From: Chrysomallon squamiferum
Taxonomy: Eukaryota; Animalia; Mollusca
Direction: 5' to 3'
Length of the DNA stretch: 64,000 bases
Assembly: GCA_012295275.1 (NCBI GenBank)
Contig: CM022671.1
Location: 24,242,001 to 24,306,000 of the forward strand
Under the pieces are notes generated by a model. The model was not told the origin of the DNA. It saw only the letters and a list, made by a program, of their open reading frames with translations, and searched no databases. The number at the start of each line of letters is the position of its first letter. The first letter of the stretch is position 1. A program made the position numbers and the translations under genes. Positions 33,404 to 48,420 of the stretch are shown here, piece after piece.

Positions 33404-34354
33404 TTATATTATTATTATTTAATACAAAAATGCAATCGTTTCAGTAGTTACAGTTTTAATAGTTTACTGCTGTTGGTGATGTTATAAGTGCATATATGTA
33501 TGACTGAGTATGTGTTCGTGTGTGTGTGTGTGTGCTACGTGTGTTTTTATCTTCTTCATCATCATTATTATTGTTTTGAAGTTATTTTTGAGAAGATATT
33601 TGAAAAATAAATTAATAATTAAATAAATAAAGATACTGAAAATTTAGTAACAGAATTGCATCCTGGCTCTCGTTTCATCATCATCATCATTATGATTATT
33701 ATTGGTCTTCTTCAACTACTACTTCTCTTTCTTAAAATCTTCTTCTATTTATTATTCTTGATTTTGAAGCCTTTAGACTACTCTGTCAGATATATAACTC
33801 ATTATTATATTGTGATTTATAGTCATTTTTAAAAACTAATTAAAATATTTCAAACGGCCTTACATTAAGATTAAGCACAGACAGGTAATACATCATTAAG
33901 CTTTGGAAAGATGTAAATATATTTACTTTGAAAACTCAGACCGACTTATTATTTGTAATTAATCATGAGTGAACCTAAAATGTTCTGCTTTTTTTCTTTT
34001 GGTTTTTGTTTGTCATGCTGTCCACGTGATTGATAGATAGTTCACGCAATGAAAACAGTTTAATTTAGAATTAAAAGACGCAGTTTTGAGCAAAGAGTTC
34101 TTTGGTTATTTATGGAGATACAAAAACTCCAAATAATATAGTTGGTTTGTACAATGTATTTATTTATTATTATTTTTTTTTTTTTTGATTAAGGAAAAAA
34201 CAACAAAAATTTTTTAAATTTTTTGTCTGTGTAGTGTTGTTATAAAACGAAATATTTTGTAATGTTTTTCGATAGAATGGGGAATTTCTTTTAGATAATC
34301 GTTTCATCATTATTATTATTGTTTCTTTTTTTCTATTCTCTTTACTGTATTTTG

Positions 34355-34389
<35 letters not shown>

Positions 34390-34798
34390 AGTTAGGTTTT
34401 TTCTTTTTTCTTAATGACGCAACAACAGAAACACTTAGGCTTAATATCATGCGAAAAGATAAACAAACAAAATATAAATCAATTAATTATCATTATCTCA
34501 AAACATAATATGTAACATAAGTGAATCAGTGATATGAGTATAGTTTATAGTCATTCTATTATTATTAATAGCAGCAACAGTTGCAGACAGAGTCCAACAA
34601 TGTTCCTGGACATCACAAAGGATGATATAATAAAAAAGAAAATTTTGAGAAAACAAATAATCCAATTATGATACTGAATAATATTGCTCTACAGTGACTC
34701 TTTCATCCATTATTTTTTTCGTTCTCTTTCGTCTTTCTTTCTTTATTTATTTATTTATGTAAGGGACAAGACAGTTACTTCATATACATTTAAAGACG

Positions 34799-34837
<39 letters not shown>

Positions 34838-35182
34838 AAATGACGTTTATTATAAAATAAATAAATAAATAATAATAATAATATTAATAATAATAATAAA
34901 GATAAAGATAACGATGATGATGATGATGATGATGATATAAAAGAACAAGTCAGTGAAATATAATTATATATTTTATTGAGTAATTCAGCCTTATCACTAA
35001 AAGTTTACCTATCAAAATATTGGATTTCTAATTACAACGTTGTTTTTCTCAGCCCTAGTATGTTTGTATGCATTTGCCGTATTTATATATAAAAAGAAAA
35101 AGGATGAGTTGTTCGTTCTTGTTTTGTGTGTGTGTGTGTGTGTGTGTGTATTTTGGTATATTCAGCAAGTCTTTTTAGGAAC

Positions 35183-37718
35183 TCAAGCGGTTTTGATTCT
35201 GATTATAAGGTTTCCCCAAACGCTAACAGCATTGATCATGTTGTCGATGTTTGCATCGTTACCTGGGAAAAAAGAAAACAAAAACAGTTTTAAAAAATCA
35301 TTAAATTGACCATATACAATATGTAAATAAAAAAAAATAAAAAAAATAAAATAATATAAAATAATCTGACGAAAGAGTCATGGAATCGGTTATCAGTTAA
35401 AAAGAAAAGCAACCACGTAAGAGCACCAACCATGTTTCAGGCCATCATTGTAATCTTTGAACTTTAAATAAATTCGTTGACTGAGTTATACATTACTTTT
35501 TATCTTTTCCTTAAAGTTTGATATTTATTCTCGTGTTACAGCTAAGTCAATATACAAATTTGTCTTACCTGTAGTAACAGTCGTTGCATCGAATATCGGT
35601 CTTTGTCCACAGAATCTAGCAAGATCGGCGTGTTCGGTAACAAAGTTAGCTCTCATGTCTGAAGTCATGGGAAACATGGCGGTCACGTAGTCCAAAATTT
35701 CTGCACCAATGACAAACTTTCCGGTAGCCTGAGAAGTCAAAAAGAAATGTTTAAACTATAAAAAACGTGATTTTATTTTACGTAACTAAACCAATCAAAG
35801 GTTTTCATTTTCTTCTTCTTAGCTTTCTGAAAATATGAAACTGTTGGAAATAATTTTAAAAGAAATTATATACGTAAATGTAGGCAAACACTCACAACAG
35901 GTATACAAACAACTGTTTAAAATTTGGAATGATTTATAATTAATAAATTATAACACAATATACTCTGAAAAACTAACTATGAAAAAGAAAGAAAGAAAGA
36001 AAAAATGTACTGTTACGAAAAAACTTTACTTAAAAAAAGAAACCATACTTACATTGTTAGCAGTCAGTTTGCTAAGAGTTTCAGCGTACGTCATCTGAGC
36101 AGGAATGATGTAGCAAGGTTCAGCTCCACGATTGAATCCAAAACCATTTCGACCGCCTAGACCAAGTCCTTGACCTAGACCACGTCCTTGACCTGGTCCA
36201 AATCCTTGACCTGGACCACGTCCTTGACCAAGACCACGTCCTTGACCTGGACCGAATCCTTGACCTAGACCACGTCCTTGAGCTAGCCCAAGACCTTGAC
36301 CAAGACCACGTCCTTGACCTAGACCATTTCCTTGACCTAAACCACGTCCTTGACCAAGACCACGTCCTTGGCCTACTCCTTGACCTGGACCAAATCCTTG
36401 ACCGAGACCACGTCCTTGACCGAGACCAATTCCTTGACCCAGACCCCTTCCTTGACCTCCTCTTCTTCCTTGTCCTGGAAATCGTCCTGCAAATCGTCCT
36501 CTTCCAGCTCCAGTCCCGAACTGGTTGTTGAATGGGAAGAGAGGACTTCGTCCTGGGATCGGAATAACTGCAACTAGTCCCTGTGGATGGTACAAATGTT
36601 ACTGAGTGTATTTTGTAAATGTTTATACATAAACTTCAGTTTTTAATTTCAATAGCAAAAATAGTAAATATTTTATTGGCATAATGTTATATATTACACC
36701 AGTTTGATAAGAGAGTCGTGATTTGTTGTATCTTCCGCGTGTAGATATTATCAATTAAAGATATGATCAATTGGGAGAACATTTTGAGAAAACAAATAAT
36801 CCAATTATGATACTGAATAATATTGCTCTACAGTGACTCTTTCATCCATTATTTTGTTCGTTCTCTTTCGTCTTTCTTTCTTTCATTTATTTATTTATTT
36901 ATGTAAGGGACAAGACATTTACTTCATATACATTTAAAGACGTTAAATAAAATCTTTATTCATTCATTTAAAATCGGCAGAGAGCTGTTCATAATTTTGT
37001 ATTACTGTTTATATCAGTAATTTAACTTACTGCATTGTCTTGCATCATTATGGTCGTGTTGTAGCCAGCATTTGCAAGTGCGATATCAGCGGACCAAAAG
37101 TTGATAGTTAGGCTGTCCGGGTTAGGGTGTGCTCTTTGCTGTACTTCAGTTTGTGCCTGGTCGTCAAGAACTAAGGTCCATCTGTACGCGTTTCTTTGTC
37201 GTTCTTCCTATAAGAAAGAGTAAAATGAATCGTAAGAGTTACCAGGTCAATAGAAATTATTATATTAGTACCATTAGCATTAATGACTCAGTAATGATTA
37301 TCTTTACCAGCATTAACGATAAGACTATTATTACCACTACTACTGCCACTAGTACTACTACTACTACTACTACTACTACTATTAATAATAATAATAATAA
37401 GACGAAGAAAAAGAATTATTTTAAGGCTTTATTTCTTAGTTTTGAACATTCGTCGCTTGATTAAAACGGAAGAAATAAAAACTAAGGTATGATCAAGAGA
37501 AGGATTTTTTGAATCTTTCAAAATCAAACAAATTACGGTGAAAATATAGCCAATGGTATAAACCAATAAACTGAATGAATGATACTTACTCGTCCTTGTT
37601 GTCTCAGTTTCTGTCGTTCAGCTCTTAGCTTAGCTCTTTCTTCCCATCTCTGATTCACGTTCTGTGACAGAACGCATCCTACGAGCAAAATCACTCCGAT
37701 GATGATGCACAACTTCAT
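35183..37718 (-). CDS. Gly/Arg/Gln-repeat BRICHOS-like secreted protein, copy 2 (357 aa, longest repeat tract)
   Basis: Exons 37718-37590, 37207-37031, 36580-36053, 35728-35569, 35262-35183 in frame. Confidence 0.85.
36150..36480 (-). repeat. Coding 18-bp tandem repeat (GGTCAAGGACGTGGTCTA; GQGRGL); homologues at ~29690-29890, ~43560-43695, ~50560-50740
   Basis: Direct tandem units CCTTGACCTAGACCACGT on the plus strand; unit number differs between copies. Confidence 0.9.
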
Positions 37719-38504
37719 AACTGCTGGATCTCTTAAAGAATGTCTTCGTTTCTTCTTAGACTTCTTCCGTTGTCTGCAAACTTGTCTTGAGATTTCATGA
37801 GTTGTCTGCCTTATATATACACGTGTTCGTGATGGATGTTTACAGGTGACAGAACTAGTTTCATTGGCTATGACGCTAGAGGTGTAATTGCTGACGTTGT
37901 TTTTAGTCAGGTTTTAGATCATGCGTGTACAATTTTAAATTCACCTGGATATTAAGACAGTTATGGCTATAATAAATTTGAAAAATATGAAAGATTGATG
38001 ACCGTCTTATTTAATAATAAAGCCCAACCTTAAAACTATTTTTTTGTTTTTAAATTTTCAATGTTTTTGGCTGTTGTTTTATTTTTGGGGGGGTTTCGGG
38101 GGGGGTGTAGCTTGACAAGAACTGTTGCGCAACTTACAACATTATTTTTTCTCATTTTGGTACAGATTAATTTTCTAAATCACAAAAATGATCAAAAAGT
38201 TATTTCTGATTAAGATTTTATAAAGTATCTTACGAGCTGCAACACTCATCAGGAAAAATGCAGTTAAAGAGACAGTTATATTAGCAACACTGACAAAAGT
38301 TCATATCTCTGGGATCAAAAGAAATTCACATTTTATTTTAATTTCTAAAAACAGTCAAATAAAGAAACCAATATATCGTGGTCAAGAGATGCACACAATA
38401 ACGAAAAAAACAAATAAAATCTGTGTAATATATTTTATTATTGTCAGAATAAAAGATAGTCCACAAAAAAATGCTTTTTTGTAATAACTGGCATTATATA
38501 TATT

Positions 38505-38581
<77 letters not shown>

Positions 38582-39776
38582 TAATTTTTTTCTTTTAAAT
38601 TGCTGTTAATTTTACTAATTATTCGTATAATTTAACATGCTAAATAAACTTCGTGATAGTCGTTTGAATTTGTTGTATTTGTGGATGGGTATATATGAAA
38701 GATAGTTAAATGTATTAATTAATATATTATGAGTTTAACTTTCTATGTTTCAATTTTAGTTTTAGTTTTATTATTATTATTTTTTATTATTATTTCTTTC
38801 TTTATTATTACTATTATCAGTATAATATAATTATTATCAAATTAATTAATTTTCAAAAGCGGTCTCTCTTTTGTTTAATTATTCTTTTTTCTTTTCTTTA
38901 TTTAAATTTTGTGTTTTAATGTGGCTTTATATACAGTGTATGTATGTGGATGGGTTTTTGCGTTTTTTTTTTTTTTTTGTTGTTTTTTTATTAGTGCTAT
39001 TATATTTACATTTTAATTTATTTGATGTTTGTTTCTATTATTTCACTTTGTTTTCTGTCTTTATCGAGAAGTTTACATTCAATTACAACTACAACATTCC
39101 TTTTCTTTTTATCTTTTAATCCTTCTGATTCTGTAATATTCAGTAATAGATAGAAACTGATTTTACAAATTCATTTATTTCGAAGACGCATTTGAAAAAT
39201 TAATTAAATAAATAAATAAATAAATCAACAAAAAAAAAAAAAAAATAAATAAATCAAAAGAAATACGATCTTTAGATTTAAAAGATGAGAGAATAAAACT
39301 AAATACTTTTACGTAGATATTTACGTAGATAAAGATTTATTTGCGTAATAATAATTTTTTGATTTCAGAATAGCAATATATATATATATAGTAAAGAGTA
39401 AACAGAAAAACTGTTTAGTCATCCAGTTCAGTGGGCGTCATTCTTGTCTTTTTTTCTGAATGAGTTATTGTTTAACGCAAGAACTGTGTCTCTTCTGTAG
39501 CTACTTTTGTGCTTTCGTGAAAATAGCAACGTAGATGTCATAACAACTTTTTCAAGAGTTGCGATTCAATGGTGTTTAATATACTCAGTGTTTGCCGCTT
39601 ATTAGTTTCTGCTGCTAACGTTTGTATTGTCGAGAAAGCCGAGAATTCTTAAAATCAGGGTTCGTAAGAGGGTAATTGCTGTATGTGATTTTTATTGTGA
39701 ATTTCAGATAGCAGCCGTTCGCTATACATTTGTAGTTTATTTATTAAAAGTGAATGAATATTTATGTACTGTAGTT

Positions 39777-39819
<43 letters not shown>

Positions 39820-41175
39820 TTATTATTATTATTATTATCACAGATTTAGTTGTTTAGTGCTAGTGTTAATTTTAAAAGTGTATGACTGAATATGTGTTTG
39901 TATTTGTGTGTGTGCTTGCTACTTGAGTACATTATTTTATATAATACGGGATTTATAATGGGAATTTTATTTATTTATTTATCTTCTTCATCATTATTGT
40001 TATTGTTAAGTTATTTTTTAGAAGATATCTGACAAATAAATAAATAAATAAAAATATTGAAAACAGAATTACATCTTGGCTCTCGTTTCATCATCATCAT
40101 CATCATCATATCACAATAATTTACTTATCATCATCATTATTATTACTGCTGGTCTTCTTTTTCTTCTAATTTTACTTCTTTTTCTTCTTGTATTTATTCA
40201 TTCTTGAGTTTGAAGCCTTTACACTATACTATATATTTGTCATTATATTGTGATTTATAGTCTTTTTATTTATTTTATTTTATTATTTATTTTTGAAAAA
40301 GAATAAAAAAAAAATAATTTAAATATTTGAAACGACCTTATCTTAAGATTAAACACGGACAGGTAATACATCATTAAGACTGTAAAAGTGTAAATATATT
40401 TACTTTGAAAACACAGACCAATTTATTATCTGTAATTAGTCATGAAATAACCTACAATGTTTGTTTTTTTTAATTTTGTTTTGTTTTGTTTTGTTGTTTT
40501 GTTTTGGTTGTCATACTGTCAACGTGTTTCATGTAAACAGTTTAATTAAGAATTAAAAGACGCAGTTTTGATTAAAGATTTCTTTGTTTATTATTGAAAT
40601 ACAAAACTGCAAATAATGTCGTTGATTTGTACAATGCATTTCAAAAAGAGATGAAGATAAAAGAAAAAAAAAAAAAAAAAAAAAAAACGAAACAAATAAA
40701 AAATACCGAAAAAATATTTTTATTATTGTTGGTCTTCTATAAAATTGTACTTAACTGTAATTTTCTTTTTCTTTTCTTCTTTCATTCTTTATTTCTTTGT
40801 TTCGCGATGGTTTTTTTTTTCCGTTTTCATTTTTCTTTTCCTTTCTTTTTTTTTTTTTTTTTTTTTTTTTTGTTTTCTTTTGGCAGTTGTGTTTGGTCTT
40901 TTTTCTTAAGGACGCTTCAACGAAAAGATACAATTACTCCGATGTGAAAAGATAAATAAACAATAATGTAAATCAATTGATTTTCATTCTCTCAAAACTT
41001 AATATATAGCATAAGTTAAAGAATGATGTGATATAGTTTATAGTGATTATATTATTAATAATAGTAGCAACAGAATAAAACAGTGTTCCTGGACTTATGA
41101 AAGAATGATATTACAATATATAAAAAAAATATTAGATATGATGAAATGATGTTCATTACAAAATAAGTAAATAAA

Positions 41176-41206
<31 letters not shown>

Positions 41207-42615
41207 TAATGATAATGATGATGATGACATAAAAAACAAGTCAATAAAATATAATTATTTTTAATTGAGTAATTCAGCCTTATCATTAATGATTTGCAAA
41301 TAAACACTTTTTACCTAGTAAAATAATACGAGCACCAATACAGCTTTTCAAAATATTAGATTTCTAACTACAACGCTGTTTTTCTCAGCGCTAATATTTT
41401 TGTTATTGTAGTGTTGTTATAAAATTAAATATTTTGTAATATGTCTTTCGATAGGTTGGGAATTTCTTTTAGATTATCGTTTTATTATTAATATTATTAT
41501 TTCTTTTTTCTAGTTTCTTTTTATTTTTTAATAATGTTTTTTCTTTCTTTCTTTCTTTCTTTTTTCTTATTTTTTTAAATCGTGTTTGGTCGGTCTTCTT
41601 AATGGTGCATCAACAGAAAGACGTAGGCTTAATATCATGTGAAGTGATAAATAAACAATAATGCAACTTAATTAACATTCATTTTCTCAAAATATAATAA
41701 TGTAGTTTATTGTGATTATATTATTATTAATAGAAAAAAACCAGTTACAGATAGAGCGAAACAATGTTCTTGGACTTCATAAAGGATAATATTATAAAAT
41801 ATAAAAAAAATTTGGTGAAATGACCATCGTTACAAAATAATTAAATAAATAAATAAATAAATAATAATAATAGTTATCATGATGATGATATAAAAAAACA
41901 AGTCAATAAAATATAATTATGTTTTATTAAATAATTCAGCCTTATCATTAATGATTTGCAAATAAACACTTTTTACCTATCAAAATAAAAGGAGCACCAA
42001 TACAGCTTTTCAAAATATAGGATTTCCAACTACGACGTTGTTTTTCTCAGCGCTAATATTTTTCTTGTTGTAGTGTTGTTATAAAATTAAATATATTGTA
42101 ATATCTTTCTCGATAGGTTGGGGAATTTCTTTTAGATTATCTTTTTATTTTATTTTTTTTTTTTTTTTTATTTTTAATAGTATTTTGCTTTTGCTTTTTC
42201 TTTCGTTCTTTTTTCCTTTTTTCTCTTTATTCCCATTTGTGGGTTTTTTATTTTATATATATATATATATACTATAATATATATATATATATTATTGGTA
42301 AAATCGACGTTCATTAAAAAATAATAAATAAACAATAATAACGATGACGATGATGATGATGATGATAATATAAAAGAACAAGTCAGTAAAATATAATTAT
42401 ATATTTTATTGAATAATTCAGACTTATCACTAATAGTTTACCTATCAAAATATTGGATTTCTAATTACAACGTTGTTTTTCTCAGTCCTAGTATGTTTGC
42501 ATGCATTTGCCGTATTTATATATAAAAAGAAAAAGGTTGAGTTGTTTTTCTTTTCTCTTGTTTTTTTTTTTTTTTTTTTTTTTTTGTTGAATGTTCGGCA
42601 AGTCTTTTTAGGTAT

Positions 42616-44660
42616 TTAAGCGTTTTTGATTCTGATTTTAAGATGTCCCCAAATGCTCACAGCATTGATCATCTTGTCGATGTTTGCATCGTTACCTGGA
42701 AAAAAATAAAGAATAAAAAGGTTTTAAACAAAAAATTCATTAAATTAATCAAATACGATAAATATATATATAAAAAAATAAATAAATAAAATAAAATAAT
42801 TTGACGAAAAATACTTGGAATAGATTATCAGTTGAAATAAAAAGCAACCACACAAGAACACCAACCATGTTTCAGGCCATCATTGTAATCTTTGAACTTT
42901 AAATAAATTCGTTGACTGAGTTACACATCACATTTTATCTTTTCCTTAAAGACTGGTGGTTTTTTTACTTGTGTTATAACTAAGTCAAGATACAAATATG
43001 TCTTACCTGTTGTAACAGTCTGTGCATTGAATATCGGTCTTTGTCCACAGAATCTAGCAAGATCGGCGTGTTCGGTAACAAAGTTAGTTCTCATGTCTGA
43101 AGTCATGGGAAACATGTCGGTCACATAGTCCAAAATTTCTGCACCAATGTCAAACTTTCCGGTAGCCTGAGAAGTTAAAAAGAAATGTTTAAAATATATA
43201 AAACATGATTTTATTTTACATGACTAAACCAGTCTAAAGTTTTCATTTTCATTTTCTTAGTTTTCTGAAAACAAGAAACTTTTGGAAATAATTTTATAAG
43301 AAATTACCTACATAAATGTATACAAAACTCACAACAGGTATAAAATTTGAAATGATTTATAATTAATAAATTATGAAACAATATACTCTGAAAAAGTAAG
43401 AAAGAAAGAAATAAAGAACAAATCTACTGTCATGAAAAACTTAAATAACTTAAAAAAAGAAACCATACTTACATTGTTAACAGACAATTTGCTAACAGTT
43501 TCAGCATACGTCATCTGAGCAGGAATGATGTAGCAAGGTTCTGCTCCACGGTTTCGACCGCCTAAACCAAGACCTTGACCTAGACCACGTCCTTGACCTA
43601 GACCAAGACCTTGACCTGGACCAAATCCTTGACCGAGACCACGTCCTTGACCGCGACCAATTCCTTGACCCAGACCACCTCTTCTTCCTTGTCCTGGGAA
43701 ATCGTCCTGCAAATCGTCCTCTTCCAGCTCCAGTCCCGGGCTGGTTGTTGAATGGGAACAGAGGACTTCGTCCTGGGATCGGAATAACTGCAACTAGTCC
43801 CTGTGGATGGTACAAATGTTACTGAGTGTATTTTGTAAATGTTTATACATAAACAAAAGTTTTTAATTTTAGCAGCAAAAACAACAAATATTTTATTGGT
43901 ATATTGTTGTTGCTCTTTTTGATATATTACTCCAGTTTCTTGACTGGTTGGATTTTCCGCGTGTAAAATATTAACAATTAAAGATATGATCAATTAGGAG
44001 AAAACAAATAATCCAATTATGACACCAGAAAATATTCCTCTATTTTGACTCTTTCATCCGTCTTTTTCTTTTTTCTCTTTCTTTCTTTCTTCTTTATTTC
44101 TTTTTCTTTTTTTCTTTTTACTTACTTAATTCATTAATTTATTAATTTATTTATTTATTATGGACAAGGCATTAACTTCATATACATTTACAGACGTTAA
44201 ATAAAACCCTTATTCATTCGCCATCCATCAAAATCGGTAGAGAGCTGTTCATCATTTTGAATTACTATTTATATCAGTTATTTAACTTACTGCATTGTCT
44301 TGCATCATTATCGTTGAGTTATAGCCAGCATTTGCAAGTGCGATGTCAGCGGACCAAAAGTTGATAGTTTGGCTGTCCGGGTTAGGGTGTGCTCTTTGCT
44401 GTACTTCAGTTTGTGCCTGGTCGTCAAGAACTAAGGTCCATCTGTACGCGTTTCTTAATCGTTCTTCCTATAAGAAAGAATGAAATGAATCGTACCAACG
44501 TCAATAATAATTACTATTTCCATTACTCTGTTACCATGAGCGTTAATGACTGAGTAATGATTACTTTTAGAATTACTGCTACCAGCATTAACGATACTAC
44601 TACTACTACTAACATTAACACCACTACAACTACCACAAATAGTAATAATAATAATAATAA

Positions 44661-44691
<31 letters not shown>

Positions 44692-45229
44692 AAGAAGAAG
44701 AAATAAATAAATAAATAAGTAAACCCATAAAATAATTAATTAATATTGCAATCAACATATCAAAATGAATTCGTTAATTAGATATTTTTTTAGTTTTATG
44801 GTTATATAATGTGTCACATTTTCGGAAAATATCGTCGACGTATGCATAGTTGCTAATTCAAAAAGGCGTTTGTTTGTTGTAACTTTAGAATACATTAATT
44901 TGTTATTGTAAGGCTTTTTTCTTAAATTATTTTAAGGCTTAATTTCGAAAATTTAGAGCATTCGTCGCTTAATTAAAACTGAAGAAATAAAATCTAACAT
45001 ATGATCAAGGGAAGGATTTTAGAATCTTTCAAAAGCAAAGTAATTACGGTGAAAATATAAACAATGGTATACGTCAATAAACTGAATGAATGATACTTAC
45101 TCGTCGTTGTTGTCTCAGTTTCTGTCGTTCAGCTCTTAGCTTAGCTCTTTCTTCCCATCTCTGATTCACGTTCTGTGACAGAACGCATCCTACGAGCAAA
45201 ATCACTCCGACGATGATGCACAACTTCAT
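42616..45229 (-). pseudogene. Gly-repeat BRICHOS-like copy 3, +1 frameshift in exon 3 (pseudogene or assembly error)
   Basis: Exons 45229-45101, 44467-44291, 43800-43473, 43166-43007, 42695-42616. Exon 3 is 328 nt (not 3n) because of TTTCCCAGGA versus TTTCCAGGA in copies 2 and 4 (plus-strand GGG at 43696-43698); premature TGA at 43501. Confidence 0.7.
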
Positions 45230-47108
45230 AACTGCTGGATCTCTTAAAGAATGTCTTCGTTTCTTCTTAGACTTCTTCTGTCGTCTGCAAGCTAATCTTG
45301 AGATTTCTTGAGTTGTCTGCCTTATATATACACGTGTTCGTGATGGATGTTTACAGGTGACAGAACTAGTTTCATTGGCTATGACGCTAGAGGTGTAATA
45401 GCTGACGTTGTTTTTAGTCAGGTTTTAGATCATGCATGTACAGTTTTAAATTCACGAGATATTAAGACAGTTATGGCTATAATAAATTTGAAAAATGTGA
45501 AAGATTGATGACTGTCTTATTTAAACAAAGCCCAGCCTTAAAATTTTTATTTTTTTTTAAATTATCAATGTTTTTGTTTTTGTTTGTGTTTTTTTTTTTT
45601 TTTTTACGGGGGGGTGGGGTAGATATGGCTCGTTTTGGTACAGATTAATTTTGCAAATCACAAAACGATCTAAAAGTTATTTCTAATTAAGATTTTATAA
45701 AGTATCTTACGAGCTGAAACTTTGATCAGGAAAAATACAGTTAAAGAGGCAGTTATATTAGCAACAGTTACAAGAGTACATATCTGTGGCAATAAAAGAA
45801 ATTCACGTTTTATATCAGTTTCTAAAATCAGTCAAATAAAGAAACCAATATATCGTGGTCAAGAGATGCACACAATCACGAAAAAAACAAATAAAATCTG
45901 TGTAATATATTTTATTATTGTCAGCATAAAAGTAACCGACAGTCCAATAAAAACTTTTTTGTAATAACTGGCATTATACATGTGTGTGTTTGTTTGTTTG
46001 TGTGTGTGTTAAAATATTTTTATGTTTTAATTTGTGTTAATTTACTAAATATTCATATAATTTAACATGTTAAATGATCTTTGTGATAGTCCTTTGAATA
46101 TGTTGTGATTGTGGACGGTACGTATGAAAGAAAGTTAAATGTATTAATTAATTTATTATCGGTTTAGCCTTCTATATTTCAATTTTATTTTTATTTATTT
46201 ATGTATTATTACTATTATCAATATAATATTATTATCCAATTAATTAATTTCAAAAGCTGTCTCTCTTTTGTTTAAGTGTTCTCTTATATCTTTATTTAAT
46301 TTTTGTATTTGTGTGTGGCTTTATATACAATGTTTGTATGTGTTATTTTCTGTGTCTTTTTTGCTGTTACATTTATATTTTAATTTATTTGATGTTTGTT
46401 TCTATTATTTCACTTTGTTTTCTGTCTTTATCTAGAAATTTACAATCAGTTACAATTACGGTATTCCTTTTCTTTTTTCCTGTAATCTTTTAATCATTGG
46501 GATACTATAACAGATAGAAACTGATTTTACAAATTCATTTGTTTCGAAAACTCATTTGAAAAGCAGAAATTCAAAACACAAAAACTTAATTTCCGTAGAT
46601 ATAATAAAAAGGGGATTATTACTTCGCAAAATTAAAATTAAAATAAATAAATAAATAAATAAATAAAAAATAAATATTATCGTTAATTCTATAAGATGAG
46701 AAAAAGAAAACAATACATTATTACGTAGTTATTTACGTAATAATGATTTATAAAAAAATTAAAAAATGTTTTATGGCAGTATATATATAGTAAAGAGTAA
46801 ACAGAAAAACTGTTTAGTCATCCAGTTCAGTGGGCGTCATTCTTGTCTTTTTTTCTGAATGAGTTATTGTTTAACGCAAGAACTGTGTCTCTTCTGTAGC
46901 TACTTTTCTGCTTTATGAAAATAGCGACGTAGATTTCGTAACAACTTTTTCAAGAGTTGCGATTCAGTGGTATTTAATATACTCAGTGTTTGCCGCCTAT
47001 TAGTTCCTGCTGTTATGTGATTCTTTTTGCAAATTTGAAGTAGCTGCCGTTCGCTATACATTTGTATTTTATTTAATAAAAGTGAATGAATGTTTCTGTA
47101 CAGTAGTT

Positions 47109-47186
<78 letters not shown>

Positions 47187-48372
47187 TAATACAAAAATGC
47201 AGTTATTTCAGTAGTTACAGTTTTAATTGTTTAGTGCTAGTGTTCACGTTATAAGTGAATATATATATGTCACTGAGTATGTGTTTGTATTTGTGCGTGT
47301 GCTTGCTACGTGTGTTTATTATTGATATTATATGGGATTTATAATGTGTTTCTATCATTATTATCTTCTTCATCAATATTATGATTGTTAAGTTATTTTT
47401 GAGAAGATATCTCACAAATAAATTTAAAAAATAAATAAATAAATAAAAATACTGAAAACGGAATTACATTTTGTCTCTCGTTTCATCGTCATCATCATCA
47501 TCATCATATTAGAATAATTTACTCATTATCATCAGTATTATTACTATTGGCCTTCTTCTTCTTCTTCTTCTTTTTCTTCTTGTATTCACTGATTCTTCAT
47601 TTTGAAACCTTTAGATTACTTTGTAAAATATATTCCTTAGTATATTGTGATTTTTTTAAAACTAATTTCAGTATTTGAAACGGCCTTACCTTAAGATTAA
47701 GCACAGACAGGTAATATATCATTAAGACTGTAAAAGTGTAAATATATTTACTTTGAAAACACAGACCAATTTATTATCTGTAATTAGTCATGAGATAACC
47801 TACAATGTTTTTTTTGTTTTTTTTTCTTTCGGTGTTTTTGGTTGTCATGCTGTCTACGTGGTTAATGAAAACAGTTTAATTTATAACTAAAAGACGCAGT
47901 TTTGAGTAAAGTTTTCTTTGTTTATTATGAAAATACAAAACTGCAAATAATGTTGTTGGTTTGTACAATGTATTTTAAAAAGAAAAGAAGAACAAAACAA
48001 AATACCGAAAAAATATTTTTTACTTTTGTTGGGTTGCTGTAAAGTTGTATTTAATTGTATTTTTCTTTTTCTTTTGTTCTTTCATTCTTTACTTCTTTGT
48101 TTCACGATGGGTTTTTTCAGTTTTCTTTTGTGTTTTTGTTTCTTTTTTATTTTGATTCTAATTTTTTTTTTTTTTTTTTTTGTTTTTTTTTTTTTTTTTT
48201 TTTTTTAAGTTGTGTTTGGTCTTTCATCTTAAGGACGCAACAACAGAAAGATTTAAGCTTAATGTCATGTGAAAAGACAAATAAACAATAATGTAAATAA
48301 ACTGATTAAAATAAAATTAAATATTTTGTAATATGTTTTTTCATAGGTTGGGTAATTTCTTTTATATTATCG

Positions 48373-48420
<48 letters not shown>

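Noticed and set aside
36350-36577. Plus-strand Ser/Thr-rich ORFs and alternate-frame acidic ORFs (also 50635-50839)
   Set aside because: Shadow frames of the Gly-repeat exon.
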